Below, in pieces: positions 21,036 to 29,597 of a DNA stretch of 64,000 nt (the first letter of the stretch is position 1; each line of letters opens with the position of its first letter). The DNA comes from Longimicrobiales bacterium (GTDB lineage: Bacteria > Gemmatimonadota > Gemmatimonadetes > Longimicrobiales > Gaopeijiaceae). Location: contig CBDCNQ010000004.1 of NCBI GenBank assembly GCA_965219445.1, positions 544,001 to 608,000 on the forward strand, in the 5' to 3' direction. A model generated the notes under the pieces. The model worked only from the letters and a program-made list of their open reading frames with translations. It was not told the DNA's origin and made no database searches. The position numbers were made by a program, and so were the translations under genes.

Positions 21036-21242
21036 CTACGAACTGACTTTGTCGTACTTCTGCTTGAAGCGCTCAACCCGTCCGGCGGTATCCACCAGGC
21101 GCTGTTTACCCGTATAGAACGGATGGCATACGGAGCATATGTCCGTGTGCACCTCCGGCTGCGTGGCCATCGTCTCAAACGTATGCCCGCAGGAGCAGGT
21201 GACCTCGGCCGACATGTAGTCGGGGTGGATACCCTTTTTCAT
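21036..21242 (-). CDS. rpmE: 50S ribosomal protein bL31 (Zn-binding type)
   Basis: MKKGIHP, CSC...[10 protein letters not shown]. Confidence 0.97.
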   Translation of the reverse strand: MKKGIHPDYMSAEVTCSCGHTFETMATQPEVHTDICSVCHPFYTGKQRLVDTAGRVERFKQKYDKVSS

Positions 21243-21263
21243 GATCCATCTCCGGAATCAACG

Positions 21264-21312
21264 AAAAGTGGGCTGCGGGTCCTATCGACCCAGGACTCTG
21301 GAGCCCACTCTT
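21264..21312 (-). promoter_or_regulatory. Structured 5' leader of rpmE (candidate bL31 autoregulatory element)
   Basis: 11-bp stem AAGAGUGGGCU/AGCCCACUUUU enclosing hairpin GGGUC-GAUAG-GACCC, lying between promoter and SD. Confidence 0.5.
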
Positions 21313-21323
21313 CAGCCGCGGGG

Positions 21324-21352
21324 AATATAAAAATTGCCGGAAGCCAGTTCAA
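21324..21352 (-). promoter_or_regulatory. Sigma70-type promoter of rpmE-prfA-prmC
   Basis: TTGAAC-N17-TATATT. Confidence 0.6.
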
Positions 21353-22926
21353 GCGGGCCGGTGAGGAATCACGACGAGTCCGAGCGTCAGGAGCAGAGCC
21401 AGACCCCCGGCCAGGTCTCCGGTCCGCGTATACCAAGTCTGGACGTCACTCGTGTAGATCGTCTCGCTTCGGACGGCGGCCTGAAACAGTTCGGTCCGAC
21501 CATAGATACGTCCGAGTGGATCTACAAAGAGTGAGAAACCCGTGTTGGCGGCCCTGGCGACCCCGATTCGATGCTCGATCGCCCTCATGACCAGATGCGC
21601 GGGGTGCTGCCAAAGCGCGGCCGTCCTGGTATACCACGGCTCCCTACCAAACCACCCGTCGTTGGTGAGGTTCAAGAGAAAGTCTGCCCCCTCCACCCGG
21701 AAGCGACGGGCGTGGCCTGGATAGGTGGATTCGTAGCAAATCAGAACACCGAAACGGGTGCCATCCCCCGTGCGGCCGAGAGTCCAATCCACACCCTTCC
21801 CGTAGGAATCGACTTCGGCGCCTCCCTCCAACCACGCTCCGGCGCGGAACGGAACGCGCTCGACTAGCGGTACGAGTCGGTGTTTGTCGTAACGGAAATC
21901 AGTGAGCCCGCCATCGGGTCCCGTCATGAACGCGGAGTTCAGCGGGATCGGATTTGCCTCTACCCCCACGGTCTCCCCGATCCCGCCGAAGACGACGGGG
22001 GCGGTCCACCTCTCAGCCACCGCCAGGACCCGCTCCTGTAAGGATGCATCGGATTCGATCGGGCCAAAGAAGGTCACCTCCGGCCAGACCACGAGGTCCG
22101 GGGAAAACCCGTCGCCCTCGGGCAGGAGGCGCGTCAAGGCGGCCACGGTGCTGTCGTTGCTCCGGGCTCCATCCAACCGGAACTGTGCCGCAACGTTGGG
22201 TTGCACGACGGCGACGTCGCCGACGGCCCGGACGGAAAGGGTGCTGGCCCGCCAGTACCCCCAGGCCGCAGGCACCGCCAAGACGAGCGCGAACGCCACC
22301 GCCCAACGCGCCGACAGTCGGGCTCCATCCCGCGCCCGCGCGGCCCGCACGGCTTCGGCCAACAACCCGTTGAGCAGGGCGAGCCATAGCGTGATCCCAC
22401 GCGCACCCACCAACTCGGCCGCACCGACGAGTTCGGGGTAGGCGGTGAGGGACGTTCCGAGCCCCAACCACGGGAAAGCCAAGCTTCCCGGCGCGTGCGC
22501 CCGCAACCACTCGAGCGTCGTCCAAGTCAGAGGCAGCGCAAGCCAAAGAGGGATCCCCCCGTGATGGGTCAGGCGACGGAGCGCCCACGTGAAGCCTCCA
22601 GCGCCCAGCGCCAGGACCATGATGACGGTCACGTATGCGGGGACGGCCCACCAGGTGAAGGGCGCCAGGGCGGGAGGTATCCAGTACAGGAGCAGCCCGA
22701 AGTAGAGCACTCCAAACCAGACGCCGCCTCGGAATACTCGACTGGAAACACCCCTTGAAGTATTCCGGTCTGACGTATTCTCTTCATCCGTCTGGTCGGC
22801 CACCCAGACTGCCAGAGGCACGAGCGCGACGAAGGACGGGATCAGCAGATGGAAGGGAGGAAACGCGCAGACCGCCAAGAGGGCCGAAACCGCCGGTAGC
22901 AGCCGGTCGCCCCGCTCCGGGATCAC
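21349..22926 (-). CDS. lnt: Apolipoprotein N-acyltransferase
   Basis: FPW, VQPN, catalytic E-K-C motifs VWPE / YDKHRLVP / ICYES, TNDGWFG, RAANTG; GTG start overlaps the upstream stop. Confidence 0.95.
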   Translation of the reverse strand: MIPERGDRLLPAVSALLAVCAFPPFHLLIPSFVALVPLAVWVADQTDEENTSDRNTSRGVSSRVFRGGVWFGVLYFGLLLYWIPPALAPFTWWAVPAYVTVIMVLALGAGGFTWALRRLTHHGGIPLWLALPLTWTTLEWLRAHAPGSLAFPWLGLGTSLTAYPELVGAAELVGARGITLWLALLNGLLAEAVRAARARDGARLSARWAVAFALVLAVPAAWGYWRASTLSVRAVGDVAVVQPNVAAQFRLDGARSNDSTVAALTRLLPEGDGFSPDLVVWPEVTFFGPIESDASLQERVLAVAERWTAPVVFGGIGETVGVEANPIPLNSAFMTGPDGGLTDFRYDKHRLVPLVERVPFRAGAWLEGGAEVDSYGKGVDWTLGRTGDGTRFGVLICYESTYPGHARRFRVEGADFLLNLTNDGWFGREPWYTRTAALWQHPAHLVMRAIEHRIGVARAANTGFSLFVDPLGRIYGRTELFQAAVRSETIYTSDVQTWYTRTGDLAGGLALLLTLGLVVIPHRPA

Positions 22927-24236
22927 GCCATCGAGGGCGGCCACGCCCGAAGCGCGCCCCAGGCGAGTCCCACATGAGCTGGAAGCAGAACCGCCAGAAC
23001 CTCACCGTTGACTTGATTGAACCCCGGCAGCACTTGAATGCATAAGCCGGCGACCGCCACACTGCCCACCACCTTGGCCATCACATCGACGCGGATACGG
23101 GCCCAGATGCCAGCTCGGTGCCGGTTCCCATTCAGCGCCTCTCGAATGAGCACGCCGGCCAAGACGAGAGAGAGAGGGTTCGCCTGGAACGCGTTCTCGT
23201 TCAACGCCCAGAAGACGTGGTCCGTGAAGAGCCACGACAGCAGCAACCCGGTGCCCAGCAAGCCAACCGCGCCGCTCCATACGGCTCCCGACAGTGCGAG
23301 GGCCCAGCCACCCCACCGCTTCCCTTCACCCGTCATCCACCCCAAGCCGACGAAAAGCGTGCCGAGGGAGATGCCCAACACCAGCAGGGAGAACAGGAAA
23401 TCGGGGGCGGCCAGTGGCAAGGGGTCGCGTGTGGCTTCGACAACGTGCGCAGCCTCACCGAGTAGGGGGCCTGGCTCTCCCTCCGCATCCACGATCCGGA
23501 CGCGATCCAGGTGCGCCTTGAGGCGTAGTGGGAGAAACATCTCCTCCCAGGCTGAGATGGTCTCGTCACCACGATTCCCGACCACGAATTGGATTCCGGC
23601 GTAGGCAGCCGGTGCGGACTGCAGCAACCGAGCCGTGTGCCAGCGATACGTCGTCCCCGTATCCATGTCTTCGGTGGCTGCGCGGATCTGTCCCCTGAGG
23701 ATCCGATCCAGGACGTCACGCACCCGAGTGGAGCAGTTATCCCGATAGTAGTCGTAGCGATAGTAACGGTTGGCCTCCGTGTCGAGCTCCTGCACAAGCA
23801 CTTGAAGCTCGAGGCGCTCCACGGGCGTGAGATTCACGGTTTGGATCCACACATCGCGGTTCGCCTGGCGGTACACCGCGAGCCACGACGAGGCCGTGAA
23901 GCCCCGCATGGAGTACCGCATCCGGCCTCGCGCCAGGCGGCGAATGAAATCCGTGTCGTTGAAGTCGAAGATTCCCCAGTTGTACGCGACCTCCGTTCCG
24001 GCCCGGTTATCTCGAACGACGAGAGCATTGTGGCTGAACCGTTCCCAGATGGCGTCCCCGGGGCCGATCGTCATCAGGAAGACCTCGAGGTGGGAGCCGG
24101 GCGGGGCATCCTCCTCGACACCGGCCGGTTGGCCACCGGCTGGCACGCCATCTTGGGCTCTGAGCGGACCAGGACCCACCACCGTGGCCGCCACAACCAA
24201 CACCAAGCACAGGGCCGGCAACTCAGCCCTCGCCAA
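22923..24236 (-). CDS. DUF4105 (Lnb-like) periplasmic domain plus 4-TM C-terminus
   Basis: Signal peptide; FSHNAL, YNWGIFDF, YRYDYYRDNCSTR, MFLP motifs; hydrophobic C-terminus. Confidence 0.8.
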   Translation of the reverse strand: MARAELPALCLVLVVAATVVGPGPLRAQDGVPAGGQPAGVEEDAPPGSHLEVFLMTIGPGDAIWERFSHNALVVRDNRAGTEVAYNWGIFDFNDTDFIRRLARGRMRYSMRGFTASSWLAVYRQANRDVWIQTVNLTPVERLELQVLVQELDTEANRYYRYDYYRDNCSTRVRDVLDRILRGQIRAATEDMDTGTTYRWHTARLLQSAPAAYAGIQFVVGNRGDETISAWEEMFLPLRLKAHLDRVRIVDAEGEPGPLLGEAAHVVEATRDPLPLAAPDFLFSLLVLGISLGTLFVGLGWMTGEGKRWGGWALALSGAVWSGAVGLLGTGLLLSWLFTDHVFWALNENAFQANPLSLVLAGVLIREALNGNRHRAGIWARIRVDVMAKVVGSVAVAGLCIQVLPGFNQVNGEVLAVLLPAHVGLAWGALRAWPPSMA

Positions 24237-25254
24237 GTTGGATCTCCCGGCCCTCCGTGGCTGATCGATAGGCCGCCGTAATGACCTCCATCAGCGGGAC
24301 CTGCTCCACCGGGGCCGGGACGTCAGCTTCGCCGAGAACCGCCCGCACAAACTGATCCAGCAGGCGGCGATAGGCGTTTTGGAAGCGGTTCTCGCCACCT
24401 CGCGTCTTGGGTTGGCGCGGTGTCACGTCCAGGGGCCGCCCCCCCAGTTGTTTGTGGATGTTCAGTGGCCATAGTGAGCCCGACCCCTCGCTGCCCATCA
24501 CTCGAGCATAGTGCCGGTCCGCCTCGGCGAAGAGGTTCCAACTCACCTCGACGCTGAACGCGATGCCGGACTCTGACACGGCGAACACGGTAGCTGCTTC
24601 CTCGACCTCGCCCTCCTTACTTCGGAAAACCGCGGTCACCCGAGTAATCCGAGGATAATCCACGAGCCAGAACGCTAGATCCAGGATCTGGACACCTAGG
24701 TCCATGAGCGCCCCTCCTCCTGCCTCCTCCGGCTTCTGGCGCCACGTGGAACGCACCGCTGGCATCTTCCGTGTGAGCGAATTGGCTCCCACCGCGTAGA
24801 TGTCGCCCAACTCGCCCCCGGCCACGAAGGATGCGAGGGACCCCACGTCCGGGCGGAATCGGTGATCCATCCCGACGGCAAGATGCCGCCCGGCGGCGGC
24901 CGCGGCGTCGAGCACCCTCTGCACGCCCTCAACGCCCATCGCCAAGGGTTTTTCTACCAGCACATGCTTGCCACCCTCCAAGGCTTCGACCGCCAGCGAC
25001 TCGTGAAGATGATTCGGTGCGCAAATCACCGCCGCCTGGACTTCGTCGCTTGTAAGGATCTCCTCATCGGACAGGACGCGCGGTACCTCGAAACGAGCAG
25101 CGAGTGACTCCGCCTTCAAGGCATCCGGATCAGAGACGGCGATAACATCGACATCGGGTCGCTCCGACAACATCGGGAGATGCACGACCTGTGTGATCGC
25201 GCCGACGCCCAGGATGCCCACCCGCACCGAGTCGTGTTGCGACTCGGACGTCAC
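24223..25254 (-). CDS. Gfo/Idh/MocA family oxidoreductase
   Basis: GILGVG, HVLVEKP, GGGALMDLGV. Confidence 0.9.
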   Translation of the reverse strand: MTSESQHDSVRVGILGVGAITQVVHLPMLSERPDVDVIAVSDPDALKAESLAARFEVPRVLSDEEILTSDEVQAAVICAPNHLHESLAVEALEGGKHVLVEKPLAMGVEGVQRVLDAAAAAGRHLAVGMDHRFRPDVGSLASFVAGGELGDIYAVGANSLTRKMPAVRSTWRQKPEEAGGGALMDLGVQILDLAFWLVDYPRITRVTAVFRSKEGEVEEAATVFAVSESGIAFSVEVSWNLFAEADRHYARVMGSEGSGSLWPLNIHKQLGGRPLDVTPRQPKTRGGENRFQNAYRRLLDQFVRAVLGEADVPAPVEQVPLMEVITAAYRSATEGREIQLGEG

Positions 25255-25976
25255 CGGGCCTCCCCCTCCACCAACCCCCCCCAGATGAACGTCAGCCCTC
25301 CCCCAAACTCGAGATAGTTGAGATCGCCAAGCACTTCGACTTTGGATCTACCATGGATGCGGACACGATCGGTAATCGGATATTCCAGGCCCACGTGAAG
25401 GTTGAAGCCTGCGGATACCGAGTCGAGTAGGTCCTCGACGAACGTACCGTCGATCGCCGGACCGGCGCCGTTGAGGAAGTGCGCGGACATTCCCACTCCC
25501 GTCGAGAAGAATAGGTTCAGAGGCGTCGCCCATACGTAGTGGCCATCCACGCTCACAAGGACGTCGCTGCGGTCGATGACGCCGAGATCGAAGCCTCCTA
25601 GCGGAACAGTACCTCCCTGGGTCGCGGTGAGCGCGCCGAGTCGAGTCTCGAACTGAGTCACCTCGGCCTGGGCCATCTCGGACGTCCAATACGTCACTCC
25701 CGGCATGAGTCTGAAGCCGGGCCCGAGGAACCCCAAGTCGAATCGCACTCCCAGGGTCCGGGTATTCTCGACGTTGTCGGCGTCGAGATACCCAAGGTCG
25801 AAGGAGATACCTCGGAACGAGAGGTTCTCGTAATCGTAGTCGACAATGTCCTGGGCCCATGCTCGGTTAGGCACCACCAGCGTCACGGCCACACCAGCCA
25901 CGGTCGCTGCGATCACCATCCCCATCGCACTCACACACCTCGGCATCCGCACCTCACCTCCGTGTCGAAAGGTCAT
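25251..25976 (-). CDS. Hypothetical exported protein, probable small outer-membrane beta-barrel (start uncertain)
   Basis: Signal peptide ending AWA; alternating aromatic/Gly strands. Confidence 0.6.
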   Translation of the reverse strand: MTFRHGGEVRMPRCVSAMGMVIAATVAGVAVTLVVPNRAWAQDIVDYDYENLSFRGISFDLGYLDADNVENTRTLGVRFDLGFLGPGFRLMPGVTYWTSEMAQAEVTQFETRLGALTATQGGTVPLGGFDLGVIDRSDVLVSVDGHYVWATPLNLFFSTGVGMSAHFLNGAGPAIDGTFVEDLLDSVSAGFNLHVGLEYPITDRVRIHGRSKVEVLGDLNYLEFGGGLTFIWGGLVEGEAR

Positions 25977-25993
25977 CCGCGTTTGTCAATTCG

Positions 25994-27274
25994 TCACGCC
26001 ACCTCAACTGCCGCCGCCTGTACGACCTCGAGGGTTTCGTCGATGACGCCGGACGTGTGCGCCGTGGAAACGAAGCCGGCCTCGAAGGGAGATGGGGCAA
26101 GAAACACACCGCGATCAAGGCACGCCCGATGGAACGCCCGGAACGTGTCGAGGTCTGCGCCTTGAGCCTCCTCGAAGGAATGGACGGGCTCTTTTCTGAA
26201 AAACACACCCCACATCGATCCGACGGAACATCCGGTGGCCCCGATCCCCGCGTCGGTCAGCGCCGACACCACGCCCCGCGACAGCCGCTCGGCAGCCTGG
26301 GCAAGGTCCTCGAACGGGTCCTCCTCTTCCAGGTAGCGGAGTTGAGCGTTTCCGGCAGCCGTCGCAAGTGGATTCCCGGATAGCGTGCCGGCCTGGTACA
26401 CGGGCCCGGCAGGCGCCATCTGCTCCATGAGGTCACGCCGGCCACCAAACGCCCCGACGGGAAGCCCCCCTCCAATGACCTTGCCCAACGTGGTGAGATC
26501 GGGCTCGATCCCGTAGCGCTCCTGCGCGCCGCCGGCGGATACCCGGAACCCAGTCATGACTTCATCGAAGACCAAGAGCGCCCCGTGGCGCTCGGCTATC
26601 GTGCGCAGGCCCTCCAGGAAGCCGTCAATCGGTGGGATCAGACCCGAGTTGCCCACCACCGGCTCGACGAACACGCTGGAGATATCATCCCCTCTTTCGC
26701 CGAACAGCATCTCGACCGCATCGAGGTCGTTGAACGGAAGCACCAAGGTTTCGGCCGCAACCGTTTCGGAGACGCCGGGGGAATTCGGGAGACCGAGCGT
26801 AGCCACTCCACTCCCAGCCGCGACGAGAAAGGCATCCGCGTGCCCGTGGTAGCATCCCGTGAACTTCAACACCAGGGGACGGCCGGTGGCCGCCCGCGCA
26901 AGCCGAAGCGTGGTCATGGTCGCTTCTGTCCCGCTGTTGACGAGTCGGACCATCTCTACACTCGGCACCATGCCGACGATGCGTTCCGCCAACTCCACCT
27001 CGGCCTCCGTCGGAGCGCCGTACGAGGTCCCTCGTTCGAGTTGCCGCTCCACTGCTCTCGTGACCGCGGGATGGGCATGGCCGAGGATGAGCGGACCCCA
27101 GCTCAAGACGTAATCCGTGTAGCGGCGACCCTCGGTGTCGTAAAGGTAGGCACCCTCCCCTCGCTCCACGAAGAAGGGGTCACCCCCCACCGAACGGAAG
27201 GAGCGCACGGGAGAGTTCACCCCACCGGGGATCAAGGCCTGTGCCCGAGCCCACAATCCATCCGTTTGATCCAT
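25994..27274 (-). CDS. hemL: Glutamate-1-semialdehyde 2,1-aminomutase
   Basis: PGGVNSPVR, SGTEA, FDEVMTGFR, GKVIGGG. Confidence 0.97.
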   Translation of the reverse strand: MDQTDGLWARAQALIPGGVNSPVRSFRSVGGDPFFVERGEGAYLYDTEGRRYTDYVLSWGPLILGHAHPAVTRAVERQLERGTSYGAPTEAEVELAERIVGMVPSVEMVRLVNSGTEATMTTLRLARAATGRPLVLKFTGCYHGHADAFLVAAGSGVATLGLPNSPGVSETVAAETLVLPFNDLDAVEMLFGERGDDISSVFVEPVVGNSGLIPPIDGFLEGLRTIAERHGALLVFDEVMTGFRVSAGGAQERYGIEPDLTTLGKVIGGGLPVGAFGGRRDLMEQMAPAGPVYQAGTLSGNPLATAAGNAQLRYLEEEDPFEDLAQAAERLSRGVVSALTDAGIGATGCSVGSMWGVFFRKEPVHSFEEAQGADLDTFRAFHRACLDRGVFLAPSPFEAGFVSTAHTSGVIDETLEVVQAAAVEVA

Positions 27275-27302
27275 TATCCCCTCCCCACGAGGGGTCGGTC
27301 GG

Positions 27303-28784
27303 TCATTCGCCCTCCACCACGCGGGCGATCAGGTCATAATCCTCCGCACATTCGATTTCCACAGTCACGAACTGCCCCGGTGCGAGCCCATCGAAGGGAT
27401 AAACGTGGGTGACGCCGTCTACGTCGAGGGCCTGGCCGACCGTCCGAGCGACACCGACCGGCCGGCCATCCACTTCCGCTCCGAGCGGGCCGGGGTCGTC
27501 CACGACTTCATCTACCAGGGCCCGGAACACTCGGCCGATCAGTGCCTCGTTGCGTTCGAAGGAGATCATTCGCTGCACGTCCATGAGCCGTTCGAGGCGC
27601 TCCCGCTTCAGAGAATCCGGGATCTGGTCGGACATTTCCGCCGCCGGAGTACCGTCCTCCACCGAGTACGTGAACGCGCCCATCCGATCGAAACGGAGTT
27701 CCTCGAGAAGATCGAGCATAGCGTTGAAATCGTCCTCGGACTCCCCCGGGAATCCAACGATCACGGTCGTCCGCAGCGTCACATCCGGTATCGCTTCCCG
27801 GATCCAAGCCACGCGCTCCCGTATGACCGTCTGCCGCTCAGGTCTACGCATCGCTTCGAGAATCCTGTCGCTTCCGTGTTGGAGGGGCATATCGAGATAG
27901 GGAAGGACCACATCCTCGCTGGCCATCAGCTCCACGATTTCACGACTGATACCCGACGGGTACATGTAAAACAAGCGAAGCCACTCCACGTCTGTCTCGG
28001 AGACCAAGGCCCGCACCAAATCGGTGAGGAGAGGTGCCAAGGGGTCCTTTCTCCGCAGGTCCCGCCCATACCAGGTCGTATCCTGGGAGATGATGTTCAA
28101 CTCCTTCACACCCTGCCGTGCCAGGGCCTGTGCCTCGACCACCAGCTCGGGGAGCAGTGCTGACCGGTGCAGCCCGCGAAAGCTGGGGATAGCGCAGAAC
28201 GCGCAGGTGTGGTCACATCCCTCGCTAATCTTGAGAAAGGATGTGTGGGGCGTTTCCGTGGAAAGGATCCGAAGCGGCCGCTCCATCGTCGGCACGCCCG
28301 CCATCGAATCCGGTAGAAAACCGCCACGTCTCAGTTCGGGTATCAGAGAGGCCATCTCCGAGAGGCCCAAGAAAAGGTCCACCTCGGGAATCGCTTCGCT
28401 GAGCTCGTCCTTGTACCGTTGGACCATGCATCCCACCGCGACCACCGCCCGGACGCGGCCCTCCTCCTTGAGCCGGCACGCCTCCAGGATAGTCTCGATG
28501 GACTCCTCCTTGGCCGATTCGATGAATCCGCAGGTGTTCACGATGACCATGTCCGAACGGCTGATGTCGGATGAGACGCGCGCGCCGTGCCCCACCAAGG
28601 CCGCCATCATCTTCTCCGAATCCACGGTGTTCTTGTCACACCCCAGGGTCACGAGGCCGACCTGGGGGCCGTCGGGCGGGCCGATCGGATCGATCGAAAG
28701 CCGCACCGCCTCCACGTCTCTCGCCACATCGGATCGGACCGGATCGGGGGCCAGGGGAAAGACCGGTAAGGCCCTCGTTTTCAT
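27303..28784 (-). CDS. rimO: Ribosomal protein S12 methylthiotransferase
   Basis: LGCDKNTVDSE, NTCGFI, CDHTCAFC, C-terminal TRAM-like domain; ATG overlaps the lolA stop. Confidence 0.93.
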   Translation of the reverse strand: MKTRALPVFPLAPDPVRSDVARDVEAVRLSIDPIGPPDGPQVGLVTLGCDKNTVDSEKMMAALVGHGARVSSDISRSDMVIVNTCGFIESAKEESIETILEACRLKEEGRVRAVVAVGCMVQRYKDELSEAIPEVDLFLGLSEMASLIPELRRGGFLPDSMAGVPTMERPLRILSTETPHTSFLKISEGCDHTCAFCAIPSFRGLHRSALLPELVVEAQALARQGVKELNIISQDTTWYGRDLRRKDPLAPLLTDLVRALVSETDVEWLRLFYMYPSGISREIVELMASEDVVLPYLDMPLQHGSDRILEAMRRPERQTVIRERVAWIREAIPDVTLRTTVIVGFPGESEDDFNAMLDLLEELRFDRMGAFTYSVEDGTPAAEMSDQIPDSLKRERLERLMDVQRMISFERNEALIGRVFRALVDEVVDDPGPLGAEVDGRPVGVARTVGQALDVDGVTHVYPFDGLAPGQFVTVEIECAEDYDLIARVVEGE

Positions 28785-29536
28785 TCTGGAATCACCCTCG
28801 CGCCTTCGGGTGGCGTCATCACCCTTGCGCCCTCGCTGGGCACGAAACGGAATTCCTCGTCCGGGATCTCGATATCCACGCGGATGTCCGTGAGCCGGAT
28901 CCTTCGTATCGATTCGTTCGTTTCGTGGATGTCCAAGGCCGTGATCAAGTAGCTGTCCACATCGAACCACACGACTGCGGATCGGAAGTCCGCGGACCGC
29001 AAGCCCTCGGTCTCCCTCGGCTTCAATGCGATCTTGTGGGACAGGCCGTCGCCCATCGGCTCTCGGCCCTCATGCACCGCCTCGAACCGCCCGCGCGGAT
29101 CTTCCAGAAAACTCCTGTAGAAGTTGAACCCGCCCCCGGAGCCCTCCGCCGAAAAACGCATCACCTGCATGTCATCCAAGCTGGGATAGAAGGTCCAGAG
29201 GAACTCCCCATCCACAACCACCAGATCCCCCTCTGGATCGCTGAAGCGCATGGAGAATCGGTCGGGCCGCTGTTGGCAGACCGTGCCCTCACCCGAACGG
29301 GTTTGCCTGAGGAGGGTCACTTCGATCGTCTGCTGGAAGTGGGCGCAGAGAGTTTCCAGGCCGTAGTAGCGATCGCTGGCGGTGTATAACACCCGGTAGG
29401 CTTGGCCGTCCTGGCCGTGGAGCGACCGCGGGGGCGAGACGAGCGAGGCCAACAACAGCGGCAGCATCAGGACCTGCGGCAACCGAACGCTCGGCATCGA
29501 GGGACAGGGAGACGGGATGTGGGACGGCTCGTTCAT
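28781..29536 (-). CDS. lolA: Outer-membrane lipoprotein carrier LolA
   Basis: AHFQQ...QRPDRF...VVDGEFLW.F.P; follows ftsK. Confidence 0.85.
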   Translation of the reverse strand: MNEPSHIPSPCPSMPSVRLPQVLMLPLLLASLVSPPRSLHGQDGQAYRVLYTASDRYYGLETLCAHFQQTIEVTLLRQTRSGEGTVCQQRPDRFSMRFSDPEGDLVVVDGEFLWTFYPSLDDMQVMRFSAEGSGGGFNFYRSFLEDPRGRFEAVHEGREPMGDGLSHKIALKPRETEGLRSADFRSAVVWFDVDSYLITALDIHETNESIRRIRLTDIRVDIEIPDEEFRFVPSEGARVMTPPEGARVIPE

Positions 29537-29597
29537 AGCCGTCCATACACGGTGGGCGACAGGCCCGTTCCGAGCGGGAACCGGCCTGGATGCTTCG

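Noticed and set aside
25930..25997. Three-link overlap chain from hemL to the beta-barrel gene
   Set aside because: Needs a TTG link and the downstream start is uncertain; too easily produced by chance to count
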